Shown here in pieces: positions 39,005 to 48,256 of a stretch of 64,000 nt of DNA. The stretch's first letter is position 1. Each line of letters starts with the position of its first letter. The DNA is from Candidatus Latescibacterota bacterium. GTDB taxonomy: Bacteria > Latescibacterota > UBA2968 > UBA8231. The notes beneath the pieces are model-generated. The model had not been told where the DNA came from. It did no database searches and was given only the letters and a program-made list of their open reading frames with translations. Made by a program: the position numbers and the translations under genes. The stretch spans positions 4,544,001 to 4,608,000 of the forward strand of contig OZ252098.1 in NCBI GenBank assembly GCA_965248355.1. Direction: 5' to 3'.

Positions 39005-39033
39005 TTGACGTTAAACGCCGGGCGTTATACATT
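39005..39033 (+). promoter_or_regulatory. Sigma70-type higBA promoter with palindromic operator
   Basis: TTGACG-17bp-TACATT; AACGCC-G-GGCGTT at 39014-39026 in the spacer; ATG 6 nt after the -10 (leaderless). Confidence 0.7.
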
Positions 39034-39110
39034 GCCTGCATGATACGGTCCTTCGGAGATCGAGAAACAGAGCGGATCTATCATCGAATTCCATAGGCCG
39101 CCCTTCGGAA

Positions 39111-40533
39111 GGCATTGTCCCGATCTTAGTTGAAATAGCACAGGCTCCCATCGTTACGTTTGATACGAGAAATCCCCAAGAAGCCTCGTATCGGTAACCC
39201 AAGGAGCCTGCCATGAGCAAGCTACAAGCACGGAAGAAGGGCGTCAAACGGACCGTGGCCATCGGCCCCGTGAACCGCCAAGCCACCGCGTCGATGGACG
39301 ATCTGGAGACTCGCATCGAGGTCATCCAGCTGCTGATCCCTTTGGGTCTGCAGGCGGTCTCGGAGGAGCTGCAGCAGTCGGTCGAGGCCTTGGCCGGACC
39401 TCGGTATCAGCGCAAGGGTCCGGATCAGGCGTTGCGCCGCTGGGGGGCGCAGGCCGGGTCGGTGTACCTGGGCGATCAGAAACTGCCGGTCGAGGTGCCG
39501 CGCGTGCGCGATGTGGTCCGCGGCACCGAGGTCCCGCTGGAGGCCTATCAGGCCCTGCAGACGCCGAGGCAGATGGACCAGGGGCTGTTGTTGCGGGTGC
39601 TGAAGGGCCTGGCCACGCGCAACTACGAGGCCTGCGCCGAGACCGTCCCGCAAGCCTTCGGTCTGTCCCGTTCCTCGGTCTCTCGCCGGTACGTGAAAGG
39701 CACGGCGCGCAAGCTGGCCGAATTCCAGCAGCGATCCTTGGAAGGCTACGACCTGGTGGCGCTGTTTCTGGACGGCAAGAGCTTCGCCGACGAGGAGATC
39801 CTCATCGCCCTGGGTGTGACTCTGGAGGGCCAGAAGGTGCCCTTGGGCTTCGTGCAGGCGGCCACCGAGAACGAGCGCGTCTGTCGCCGCTTCCTGGCGG
39901 AGCTGGTCGAGCGGGGCCTGCAATACGAAGCCGGGCTGCTCGTGGTGATCGATGGAGGCAAGGGCCTGTACAAGGCGGTGCGGTCGGTGCTTCAAGGCCA
40001 TGCCTGCGTGCAGCGATGCCAGTATCACAAGCGCCAGAACGTGGTCTCGTACCTGCCCAAGAGCGAGCAGGCCGGCCTTCGTCGAAAGCTGGAAGCGGCG
40101 TATGGGCACTCGACGTACGAGGAGGCCCAAGCCGCCCTGGAGGCGCTGAAACCGGGGTTGCAGTTGATGAACCAGTCGGCCCTGCGCAGCTTGGAGGAAG
40201 GCCAGCAAGAAACCCTCACGCTCCACCGCCTGGGCCTGATGCCGATGCTGAAGGCCTCCTTCCGTACCACCAACTGTATCGAGAACGTCAACAGTCTCCT
40301 GGAGCAGTTGACGCACAACGTGCGGCGCTGGACCAACTCGTCGCAGCGTCACCGCTGGGTCGCCACGGCGTTGCTTGACATCGAACCTCGCCTCCGCCGG
40401 GTCAACGGCTACCACCACCTGCCGATGCTCCGGCAAGCGCTCCAAGCCGAGCTCGGCATCCAGCAGCTCGCGATGACGGGCTGACTCATCCACTCGAGCC
40501 TGGGCTACGTTTCAACTGAGAATGGGACTTGCC
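39111..40533 (+). mobile_element. IS256-family insertion sequence
   Basis: About 25-bp imperfect IRs (GGCATTGTCCCGATCTTAGTTGAAA / GGCAAGTCCCATTCTCAGTTGAAA); 9-bp TSD CCTTCGGAA at 39102-39110 and 40534-40542. Confidence 0.95.
39213..40484 (+). CDS. IS256 transposase
   Basis: LFLDG, VIDGGKGL, QRCQYHK, TTNCIE. Confidence 0.94.
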   Translation: MSKLQARKKGVKRTVAIGPVNRQATASMDDLETRIEVIQLLIPLGLQAVSEELQQSVEALAGPRYQRKGPDQALRRWGAQAGSVYLGDQKLPVEVPRVRDVVRGTEVPLEAYQALQTPRQMDQGLLLRVLKGLATRNYEACAETVPQAFGLSRSSVSRRYVKGTARKLAEFQQRSLEGYDLVALFLDGKSFADEEILIALGVTLEGQKVPLGFVQAATENERVCRRFLAELVERGLQYEAGLLVVIDGGKGLYKAVRSVLQGHACVQRCQYHKRQNVVSYLPKSEQAGLRRKLEAAYGHSTYEEAQAALEALKPGLQLMNQSALRSLEEGQQETLTLHRLGLMPMLKASFRTTNCIENVNSLLEQLTHNVRRWTNSSQRHRWVATALLDIEPRLRRVNGYHHLPMLRQALQAELGIQQLAMTG

Positions 40534-40736
40534 CCTTCGGAAGCTGCGCATGCTCAATCGGTCAACTGCGCTGGGGGATCTTCGAGTGCCCCTGGCCAAT
40601 CGTCTTGAGAAACTCCGTGGTGATCGGTCAGGCCAGTACAGTATTCGAGTCAATGACCAGTGGCGAATCTGTTTCGAGTGGCACAACGACGATGCCTACA
40701 ACGTTGAGATCGTCGACTACCACTAAGGAAGGGTTT

Positions 40737-41042
40737 ATGCCTGCACAGAAGCTGGCTCCTGTTCATCCGGGAGACGTCCTGCTGGAGGAGTTCCTCAAGC
40801 CGATGGACCTCAGCCAGAACCGCCTGGCCCTGGCCATAGGAGTGCCGCCCCGGCGCATCAACGAGATCGTCCTGGGCAAGCGGGGCATCTCCGCCGATAC
40901 GGCCCTGCGTCTGGCCCGCTACTTCGGCATGTCGTCCCAGTTCTGGATGGGCCTTCAGATGGACTATGAGCTGGATGTAGCCGAAGACGAACTGTCTGAT
41001 CGTCTGGACCGCGAGGTGCGGCCCCACGTGGAGGCTGTGTAA
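40737..41042 (+). CDS. higA: HigA antitoxin
   Basis: PVHPGDVLLEEFL, HTH, ISADTALRLARYFG..FWMGLQ..YEL. Confidence 0.94.
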   Translation: MPAQKLAPVHPGDVLLEEFLKPMDLSQNRLALAIGVPPRRINEIVLGKRGISADTALRLARYFGMSSQFWMGLQMDYELDVAEDELSDRLDREVRPHVEAV

Positions 41043-41051
41043 GCGGGCCCG

Positions 41052-42131
41052 TCAGACCGCCCCGCGGGCGATATCCCCCACCAACTGCACGTCGTGGCGG
41101 GCCTCCGCCAGCGGCGTGCGGCAGGTCTCCCCCTCGGTCACGCAGGCGTGGAAGTGGCGCAGCTCGGCGGCGAAGGGGCTCTCCCAGTCGACGGCGGGCC
41201 GGCGCTCGAAGGGCTCGCCCTCCTCTGAGACCCCGCGGATCACCACTTCGCTCAGCTGCCCCCGGGAGAACCCCGTCGGATAGGACAGGATCACGCCGCG
41301 GTCCGGTCCGTAGACCTCCAGGGTCTCGCGGAAGTGGCGGATGCGCTCCAGCTCCACCCAGGTGGCGGCGCAGCGCAGGCCGCCGGCCCACCCGAGGATG
41401 GTGCTGATCCCCAGTCCGTCGTTCCAGATCTCGGTGGCCGCCACGCGCTCCGGCGGCCCGAAGAGGTGGCGCAGTCCGTAGAGGTCGTGGATCATGCTGC
41501 CGGCCAGGTGGAAGAAGGCGGAACGCGCGGGGCCGGGGGCGTCGCCGAGGGCGCGGGCGGCGTCGGCGTTCCGGAGGGAGGCCGCCTCCCGGAGGGCCGA
41601 GCCGGGCAGGTCGCCGGCGCGCCGCAGCCTGAAGTGGGCCAGGTGGTGGCGGTTGTCGGTGTGCAGGTGGTTCACCTGGGCGAAGCGCAGCTCCGGCCCC
41701 ATGCCCTCCACCTCGCGCTCCAGCAGCCGGAAGGCGGGATCGTAGAGCTTCATGTACGCGGCCTGGGCCACGACCCCGGCGCCGGCGGCGGCCTGGGCCA
41801 TGCGGTCCACGTCTTCCGGGACGAAGGCCACGGGCTTCTCGATGAGCAGGTGGCGGCCGGACTCCAGGACGGCGAGGGCGGCGCCCACCTTGGGGTCGGA
41901 CTGGCACAGCAGGACGGCGTCGAGGTCGGCGTCCAACAGGTCGCGCAGATCCGTGAACCAGGCGGGGACGTGGTACTCCTCGGCGGCGGAGCGGGCCAGC
42001 GTCTCGGACAGGTCGCAGAGGCCGGCGATCTCGAACTCCTCGCCCAGGAAGGCGAGGTTGGGCAGGTGCTGCACCTGGGCCACGGCGCCGCAGCCGACGA
42101 CGCCGATCCGCAGCCGGCGCGCCGCGCTCAT
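41052..42131 (-). CDS. Gfo/Idh/MocA oxidoreductase
   Basis: IGVVGCGAVAQ, HLLIEKP. Confidence 0.88.
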   Translation of the reverse strand: MSAARRLRIGVVGCGAVAQVQHLPNLAFLGEEFEIAGLCDLSETLARSAAEEYHVPAWFTDLRDLLDADLDAVLLCQSDPKVGAALAVLESGRHLLIEKPVAFVPEDVDRMAQAAAGAGVVAQAAYMKLYDPAFRLLEREVEGMGPELRFAQVNHLHTDNRHHLAHFRLRRAGDLPGSALREAASLRNADAARALGDAPGPARSAFFHLAGSMIHDLYGLRHLFGPPERVAATEIWNDGLGISTILGWAGGLRCAATWVELERIRHFRETLEVYGPDRGVILSYPTGFSRGQLSEVVIRGVSEEGEPFERRPAVDWESPFAAELRHFHACVTEGETCRTPLAEARHDVQLVGDIARGAV

Positions 42132-42763
42132 CCGGTCCGGCCCGCCCGCGGCGCCAGCCGGTTCCACTGCTCCGTGGTCTCGTGGAGCTTGTCCACCACG
42201 CCGCGCAGGGCGAGCCACATGGCCTCGCGGTGACGGCCGGCGGCCTCCTCGTCGCCGGCGGCCAGGGCCTCCAGCAGGCGGCCGCCCTTCTGGCGCTGCT
42301 CCCCGGCGGCGGTGGTCGCAGCCGAGGCCAGCTCCTCCGCCAGGCCGACGAAGCCCTCCACCAGCTCCTCCACCGGGGCCGGGTCCTCCTCCACGTCGTA
42401 GGCTGACGACGGCTGGAAGCGGACGGGCCGCCGGTCTCCCTCCTCGGTGCGGCCCGTATGGGTGGGCTGCACGTGCGGCGTCACCGAGAGATACATGGTC
42501 ATCGGCTCGTCGCCGATCACGCGGACCCGGTGGGGCTCGTGGGCCAGCGCCAGGCAGGCCTGCCCGGGACCGAGGTCGGCCGTCTCTCCCGAGATCTCGA
42601 ACCGGGCCCGGCCCTGCAGGATGAGGAAGATCTCGTGCCCGAGGTCGTGGCTGTGCAGGTCGGCCTGCTGCCCCGGCTCCATGCGCAGAAAGCGCGAGCG
42701 CATCCGCGAGGAGACGAAGATGTTGCGCACGTCGCGGCGGTAGTCGAAGACTTCGATTGCCAT
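42128..42763 (-). CDS. Cupin-domain protein
   Basis: HSHDLGHEIFLILQG...PGQ...EPH. Confidence 0.85.
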   Translation of the reverse strand: MAIEVFDYRRDVRNIFVSSRMRSRFLRMEPGQQADLHSHDLGHEIFLILQGRARFEISGETADLGPGQACLALAHEPHRVRVIGDEPMTMYLSVTPHVQPTHTGRTEEGDRRPVRFQPSSAYDVEEDPAPVEELVEGFVGLAEELASAATTAAGEQRQKGGRLLEALAAGDEEAAGRHREAMWLALRGVVDKLHETTEQWNRLAPRAGRTG

Positions 42764-42779
42764 CCTTCCTCTCCGTGTC

Positions 42780-43967
42780 TCAGTATTTCCCGATAGCGGC
42801 AAAGTCGATTTCGATCGTCGAGTCCTCCATCTCGGCAGCAGCCGAAACGCGGATGAAGCCCATCTCTGCCAGCCGGATCAGTTCCCGCCAAAGCGTCCGG
42901 CGCTTGACATCCTTGTAGACGGCCTGGACGTAGGGCGCCTGGACCAGTTCGGAGAGTCCGATCTTCCTGGACGGGGCATCGGAGAATGGATCGACAGGCT
43001 CCGTTTCCTTCAGCAGGAAATCGAGCAGACCGTACTCCCGGGTGTTGAGGACGCGGCGGCGCTTCCCCGCGCGTTGCTCCAGGGCCCTGACCATGGTGTC
43101 CCTGTAGACCAGGCGGTTGAGCTTGGCCTTGATGAAGTCGTTGATCCCCCGCAACTCGGCCGCGAAGCCCCTGATGCCGAAGGCCACGAAGGCGGTCAGG
43201 TCGAAGGGCTGCGCGCGCCTGCTCTGCTGAAGGAGCCGCTTGTACTCGTCTGCGTTGCGGTAGAAGAAGTTCGACAGTCCGTAGAATCCCAGCACGTTGT
43301 ACCCCCCTTGGAAGAGAATGCCGGCCTCGACCAGCCTGGAGACTCTCCCGTTCCCGTCGCCGAAGGGATGGATCGTCACCAGGAAGAAGTGGGCTAGCAA
43401 GGCCCGAACCACGGGGTGTTGATCCAGGCAGCGTTTCGAGTTCACGAACTCCACGAACTCGTCCATGAGCCTGGGCAGGTCCTCCGGGGAGACTCCTCGA
43501 TGCACGCCGCCCAGTTCCGGAGTCCCGACGACGACCCGGTGCGTCCTCAGTCGCCCCGGGACGTTGTCCTTCTCATCGGATCCTTCTGTGAGACGTTCGT
43601 GCAGGTAGAGGATGTCCGAGAGTTGGAGAGGTGCGCTGCCGGGCGTGAGCCTCTCCCTGACCCACGCCTGAGCCAACCCTGCGTTGCGCACCTGGCGCTG
43701 CTCCATGGACTGGTTCGCGGGCGGCTCCGAAGACTCCTCAAGATGTTCCATCTGCTGGCGCACTTCGGCTTCCGTCAGAGGGTTCCCCTCGAGGGCGGTC
43801 GTTCCGCGGACCGCACGCACACGATTCAACTGGTCCAACTGTTCCCTCCAGGGCGGAGGGAGGACCAAGTTGAGCGCCGACTGTTTGTAGGCCTCGATCT
43901 CGATCAGATCGGAGGGCAGGCTCTCGATCTGGATAGAGTATTCGAATCGGAATCGTCTCCAGTCCAT
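42780..43967 (-). CDS. Fic family protein (class II, N-terminal inhibitory motif)
   Basis: HPFGDGNGRVSR Fic motif; TTALEGN fits (S/T)xxxE(G/N). Confidence 0.92.
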   Translation of the reverse strand: MDWRRFRFEYSIQIESLPSDLIEIEAYKQSALNLVLPPPWREQLDQLNRVRAVRGTTALEGNPLTEAEVRQQMEHLEESSEPPANQSMEQRQVRNAGLAQAWVRERLTPGSAPLQLSDILYLHERLTEGSDEKDNVPGRLRTHRVVVGTPELGGVHRGVSPEDLPRLMDEFVEFVNSKRCLDQHPVVRALLAHFFLVTIHPFGDGNGRVSRLVEAGILFQGGYNVLGFYGLSNFFYRNADEYKRLLQQSRRAQPFDLTAFVAFGIRGFAAELRGINDFIKAKLNRLVYRDTMVRALEQRAGKRRRVLNTREYGLLDFLLKETEPVDPFSDAPSRKIGLSELVQAPYVQAVYKDVKRRTLWRELIRLAEMGFIRVSAAAEMEDSTIEIDFAAIGKY

Positions 43968-44144
43968 TTGTCGGCGTCTTTCTTAGCACCTTCTTTGACA
44001 GGCAATTTGAACCGTTCAAGCCATTGATAATAATACAATTAAATTACTTCAGCAACTCATTGTGGACACCTTATTTGGCACGCTATCTGACAGATACTCC
44101 GACCGGGACTTCGGACCCCCCTGGCACCGGGCGCCGCCCACCTT

Positions 44145-45626
44145 TCAATCCAGGTAGTCCATCTCCGGCCGCAGATCCCACCGGCACACATCGGGCGGCC
44201 GCACCCGCCGCGCCCACTCCGCCAGAACCCGCCCCTCCGCCCGCCGCCGCGCCATCTGCTCCCGCACCCAGGCCGGGTCCCAGCCATCCAGCACCAAGCC
44301 CTCCAGCTCGGCCCGCACCCCGGCGCAGGCCGGGTCCGCGGCCCGGTCGCGGGTCTCGCGGGGGTCCTGCCCCAGGTGGAAGAGCTGGCTGGGCTGGCCG
44401 TCATAGTAGTTGAGCTTCCACGGCCCGCGGCGCACCATGCGCTGGACCACGGGCTCGGCCACGGGCCCGCCCGATCCCGCCGCGTCGAGGCAGAACTCGC
44501 TGAAGGCGATGTCCTCCCACTCGACCGCCCCCGGCTCCTGCAGCAGGGGCAGCAGGCTGCGGCCCCGCGAGTGGGGCAGGGGCGGGCACGCCAAGGCGTC
44601 GAGCAGGGTGGCGTTGAGGTCCAGGCTGCTGGTCACCCGGCCGCAGCGTTGGCCCTCGGGCAGCCGTTCCGGCCAGGCCAGGACCGCCGGCACCCGCACC
44701 GAGTCCTCGTAGAAGGTCTGCTTCCACCACAGGCCGTGCTCGCCGGCCTGCTCTCCGTGGTCGGAGGTGTAGAGGACGAGAGTGTTCTCCACCAGCCCGG
44801 CGGCCTCCAGGGCGCCGAGGATGCGGCCGATCATGTGGTCGAGGCGGGTCACCAGACCCCAGTAGGCGGTCCGGGCCCGCAGGACCTCCTCCTCGGGCAC
44901 CTCCTCGATGCCGCAGGCCTGGCGCCAGGCCTTCAGGTGCGGGTGCAGGTCGTCGGAGAAGGGTTCGGGCGTTCGCGGCAGGGTCATGCGGCCCTCGTAC
45001 CGGGAGTAGTCCTCGGCCTTGGCCACGAAGGGCTGATGGGGGAGCATGAAGCCCACGGACAGGGAGAAGGGGTCGTCCTCCCCGGCGCGGCGGCGCTCCC
45101 CCCGGTGGTGGAGCCAGTCCACGGCCCGGTCCGTGACCTCCTCGTCGTGGACCTGGTAGGCGCTCTGGCCCGGCCCCGACTTGACCAGGCTGACCCGCGC
45201 CGGCCCCGCGGTGCCGGTCAGCTCGCCGTGGTCGACGCCGCGGCCGCCGAGGTGGTTGGGACCGTGGTCTCCCACGAGGCGCTCGGCGTAGCCGTGGAGC
45301 TGGTCGGGGCCGAGGGCGTGCATGCGGCCGATCAGGGCCGGCCGGTAGCCGCCGGCGCCCATGGCGTGGGCCAGGGTGGGGATGGCCGAGTCGAGGACGT
45401 GGCTGTTGGTCCAGACCCCGTTCTCGAAGGGGTGGCGGCCGGTGAGGGCGGACATGCGCGAGGGCACGCACAAGGGGGACGGGCAGTAGCAGGTGTCGAG
45501 GACGACGCCCCGGGCGGCGAGGCGGTCGAGGTTGGGGGTGTGGACCAGCCCGTCGCCGTAGCAGCCGGCCACGAAGGGGCTGTGCTGGTCGGAGTGCAGG
45601 TACAGCAGGTTGGCCCGCTCGCTCAT
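44145..45626 (-). CDS. Sulfatase (choline-sulfatase-like)
   Basis: LHSDQH, CVPSR, SDHGE. Confidence 0.9.
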   Translation of the reverse strand: MSERANLLYLHSDQHSPFVAGCYGDGLVHTPNLDRLAARGVVLDTCYCPSPLCVPSRMSALTGRHPFENGVWTNSHVLDSAIPTLAHAMGAGGYRPALIGRMHALGPDQLHGYAERLVGDHGPNHLGGRGVDHGELTGTAGPARVSLVKSGPGQSAYQVHDEEVTDRAVDWLHHRGERRRAGEDDPFSLSVGFMLPHQPFVAKAEDYSRYEGRMTLPRTPEPFSDDLHPHLKAWRQACGIEEVPEEEVLRARTAYWGLVTRLDHMIGRILGALEAAGLVENTLVLYTSDHGEQAGEHGLWWKQTFYEDSVRVPAVLAWPERLPEGQRCGRVTSSLDLNATLLDALACPPLPHSRGRSLLPLLQEPGAVEWEDIAFSEFCLDAAGSGGPVAEPVVQRMVRRGPWKLNYYDGQPSQLFHLGQDPRETRDRAADPACAGVRAELEGLVLDGWDPAWVREQMARRRAEGRVLAEWARRVRPPDVCRWDLRPEMDYLD

Positions 45627-45791
45627 GTGCGTCCTCGCGGAAAGCCGGCGCCGGCCGTGGCGTCGCGGGCGGGAATCTTAGGCGATGGGAAGAGCCCCGG
45701 CGACGGCGGCGGCGCCGTGCCCGGGGAGGCGGATCGTTCCTATTCTATCCGGGAGGATCCGGAACCGCACCCTGACGAAACGAGACGAGAG

Positions 45792-46616
45792 ATGGAACTG
45801 AACGCCCCGCAGCGCAATGCCGAACTCACCCGGGACAGCTCCCTTCCCAGGGACCGGTTCGGCCGGCCCCTGGTGGCCGACGACATCCTGGAACGCATGA
45901 AGAAGGTGACCACCGAGGAGGCCTGGGGCGTGCTGATGGGGCACGACTTCCGGCTGCAGTACGAGGGCGGCTGGCTGAACCTGCACCCGGAGCGCATCCT
46001 GGTGGGCCGCGCCGTCACCTGCCGCTACGTGCCCCAGCGGCCCGACCTGCAGGAGCTGGTGCAGGAGGAGGGCCAGCGCAACGAGCGCGTGGGCGGCCAG
46101 AACTCGTGGGTCATCGACACCCTGGAGAAGGGCGACGTGCTCGTGGTCGAGCTCTTCGGCAAGATCGAGCGCGGCACCTTCATCGGCGACAACCTCGGCA
46201 CCGCTATCGCCACGCGCACCGGCGGGACCGGCCTGGTGGTGGACGGCTCGATCCGCGACGCCCAGCGCGTGGCGCAGCTGCCGATGAACGTGTTCTGCCG
46301 GGACGTCCATCCCACCGCCATCGGCGATGTAACCCTCGCGGAGATCAACGGCCCCGTCCGCATCGGCGAGGCCACGGTCATGCCCGGCGACGTGGTGCTC
46401 GGCACCCCATCGGGCATCGTTTTCGTGCCCCCGAAGCTGGCCGCCGAGGTGGTGGAGAAGTCGGAGGAGACCCGCATGCGCGACTACTTCGGCAAGATGC
46501 GTATCCGCGAAGGCGTCTACACCCCGGGCGAGGTGGACCGGGGCTGGTCGGAGGCGATGACGGCCGACTACGACGGCTGGAAGAAGTCGGTGCGGGTGGA
46601 GGACCTGGACACGTAG
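45792..46616 (+). CDS. RraA/HMG-aldolase family protein
   Basis: GRAVT, GTFIGDNL, VVDGSIRD, MPGDVVLG. Confidence 0.85.
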   Translation: MELNAPQRNAELTRDSSLPRDRFGRPLVADDILERMKKVTTEEAWGVLMGHDFRLQYEGGWLNLHPERILVGRAVTCRYVPQRPDLQELVQEEGQRNERVGGQNSWVIDTLEKGDVLVVELFGKIERGTFIGDNLGTAIATRTGGTGLVVDGSIRDAQRVAQLPMNVFCRDVHPTAIGDVTLAEINGPVRIGEATVMPGDVVLGTPSGIVFVPPKLAAEVVEKSEETRMRDYFGKMRIREGVYTPGEVDRGWSEAMTADYDGWKKSVRVEDLDT

Positions 46617-46818
46617 CGGAGATCCTGCTTCAAGGGGCTTCCGAGATCTCCGCGGCGCTCTTCAAGGCGTGGTGGCAAGTCGCTCGGGGCCTCATGGGTC
46701 GCGCCGGCGGCCTCTTCCTCACCGAGGTCCGGGATCGACGATTCCTCATCCTTTGCCGCCTCCCTCACCCAGATCGACCGGACGTGTTCCAAAACCTGGC
46801 ATTATCAACGGCCTGCTA

Positions 46819-47982
46819 GTGTCATGTCGCAGAGATTCGCTCACAAAGTCGCTTGACCTTGGCGAGGATGGAATCGGCCGTCGCCGTCCAGACGAAGGGC
46901 CGGGCCTTGGCGTTCCACTTGTCGGTGTACCGTTCGATCCGCTCGACCAGCTCCGGGACCTTCCGAAACGACCCGCGCCGGATCGCTTGACGCGTAATGA
47001 TCCCGAACCAGATCTCCACTTGGTTGAGCCACGAAGCATACGTGGGGGTGTAGTGAACGTGAAACCGGGGACGCCGGGCCAGCCATCGCTTGACCTTGGC
47101 ATGCTTATGGGTGGCGTAGTTGTCGACGACGAGATGGATATCGAGATCCTCGGGCACGTTGGTCTCGACGTGGCGTAGGAACTGGAGGAATTCCTGGTGA
47201 CGATGCCGGGATTTGCACTGGGTCATCACTTCGCCGGTGGCCACGTCCAAGGCGGCAAACAGGGTCGTGGTGCCGTGCCGCTTGTAGTCGTGCGTAACGC
47301 CTTCCACGTATCCCAAGCCCAAGGGCAGCATCGGCTGAGTTCGTTCCAAGGCCTGGATCTGGCTCTTCTCGTCCACGCACAGAACCATGGCGTGCTCCGG
47401 GGGATTCAGGTACAACCCGGCGATGTCCCGTACTTTGTCCACGAAGAAGGGATCGGTGGACAGCTTGAAGTGCTTATGTCGGTGGGGTTGCAGACCATAG
47501 GTGCGCCAAATGCGATGCACCGCGTCCTTGGTCAGGCCGGTTTCCTGGCCCATGGAGCGCACCGACCACTGGGTTTCGTCCTTGGGCTTGGTCTTCAGGG
47601 TCTTGTAGACCACCTCGGCGACCTGCTCATCCGTGATCGATCGCGGCGCCCCCGGACGCAGCTCATCATGCAAGCCCGGGAGCCCGCCTTCGAGAAAGCG
47701 TTGCCGCCACTTGCCGACCGTCACGCGCGACACCCCGACGGCGCCCGCCACCGCTTCATTGGGCCAGCCGTCGGCGGCCAGCAGAACCATCTCGGCTCGC
47801 CGCACCAACCCGTGGGCAAGACTCCGGGACCTGGTCATCGATTCCAATTGTTCCCGGTCCGACGAACTCAATTCCAACGGCAGTAATGGACGCCCCATGG
47901 TAGGTCTCTCCTTTCCGAAACGGGACAAGAGAAACCTACGGCCCCTTCACTCGTCTGTAAAGCTATTTCTACGACGCGACAC
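46819..47982 (-). mobile_element. IS630-family insertion sequence (copy C)
   Basis: IRs GTGTCATGTCGCAGA / GTGTCGCGTCGTAGA; TA duplication at 46817-46818 and 47983-47984 in CTAG context. Confidence 0.92.
46822..47928 (-). CDS. IS630 transposase
   Basis: [29 protein letters not shown]. Confidence 0.95.
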   Translation of the reverse strand: MSRFGKERPTMGRPLLPLELSSSDREQLESMTRSRSLAHGLVRRAEMVLLAADGWPNEAVAGAVGVSRVTVGKWRQRFLEGGLPGLHDELRPGAPRSITDEQVAEVVYKTLKTKPKDETQWSVRSMGQETGLTKDAVHRIWRTYGLQPHRHKHFKLSTDPFFVDKVRDIAGLYLNPPEHAMVLCVDEKSQIQALERTQPMLPLGLGYVEGVTHDYKRHGTTTLFAALDVATGEVMTQCKSRHRHQEFLQFLRHVETNVPEDLDIHLVVDNYATHKHAKVKRWLARRPRFHVHYTPTYASWLNQVEIWFGIITRQAIRRGSFRKVPELVERIERYTDKWNAKARPFVWTATADSILAKVKRLCERISAT

Positions 47983-48135
47983 TAGGCGTCGCAGCGCGGG
48001 CAGCGCATCTTGATCCCGCGCTCATGGTCCACGTAGACATCGACCCGCTCCTGTTCTTGGAACCGCATCTCGAGCACGATCCAGGGGCGCTCGATTCGCA
48101 GCAGACGGGGTGTAGAACTGCTTGAGGTCGTCCAT
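47982..48135 (-). pseudogene. N-terminal fragment of an ISL3-family transposase
   Basis: MDDLKQFYT / frameshift / RLLRIERPWIV...RVDVYVDH...RCPRC zinc-finger start, ends at IS630 copy C. Confidence 0.6.
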
Positions 48136-48256
48136 GGGCGGCACTTCCCGGTGAGGGTGGCAGGGCACTTCGATGGACGGACCCTATGATACCACAACAT
48201 CTTGGGGGGTCCCCACGCCTACCCGGATGAGCCATTATTCGTTACGTGTGTGGTCC

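Larger units (their letters stand above)
39040..40726 (+). pseudogene. higB: HigB toxin, disrupted by a premature stop and an IS256 insertion
   Basis: MIRSFGDRETERIYHRIP-stop-AALR | IS256 | KLRMLNRS...NRLEKLRGDRSGQYSIRVNDQWRICF...VEIVDYH. Confidence 0.9.

Noticed and set aside
34386..39096. Amber recoding suggested by two in-frame TAGs
   Set aside because: TAG ends many intact genes here (nuoD, nuoA, nagB) and no pyl genes are present; nonsense mutation is simpler.
44076..44091. TGGCACGCTATCTGAC as a sigma54 promoter
   Set aside because: The -12 GC is GA and it points antisense into the sulfatase 3' end.
46617..46816. Possible further ISL3 fragment left of IS630 copy C
   Set aside because: Only a vague resemblance, on the opposite strand to the N-terminal fragment.
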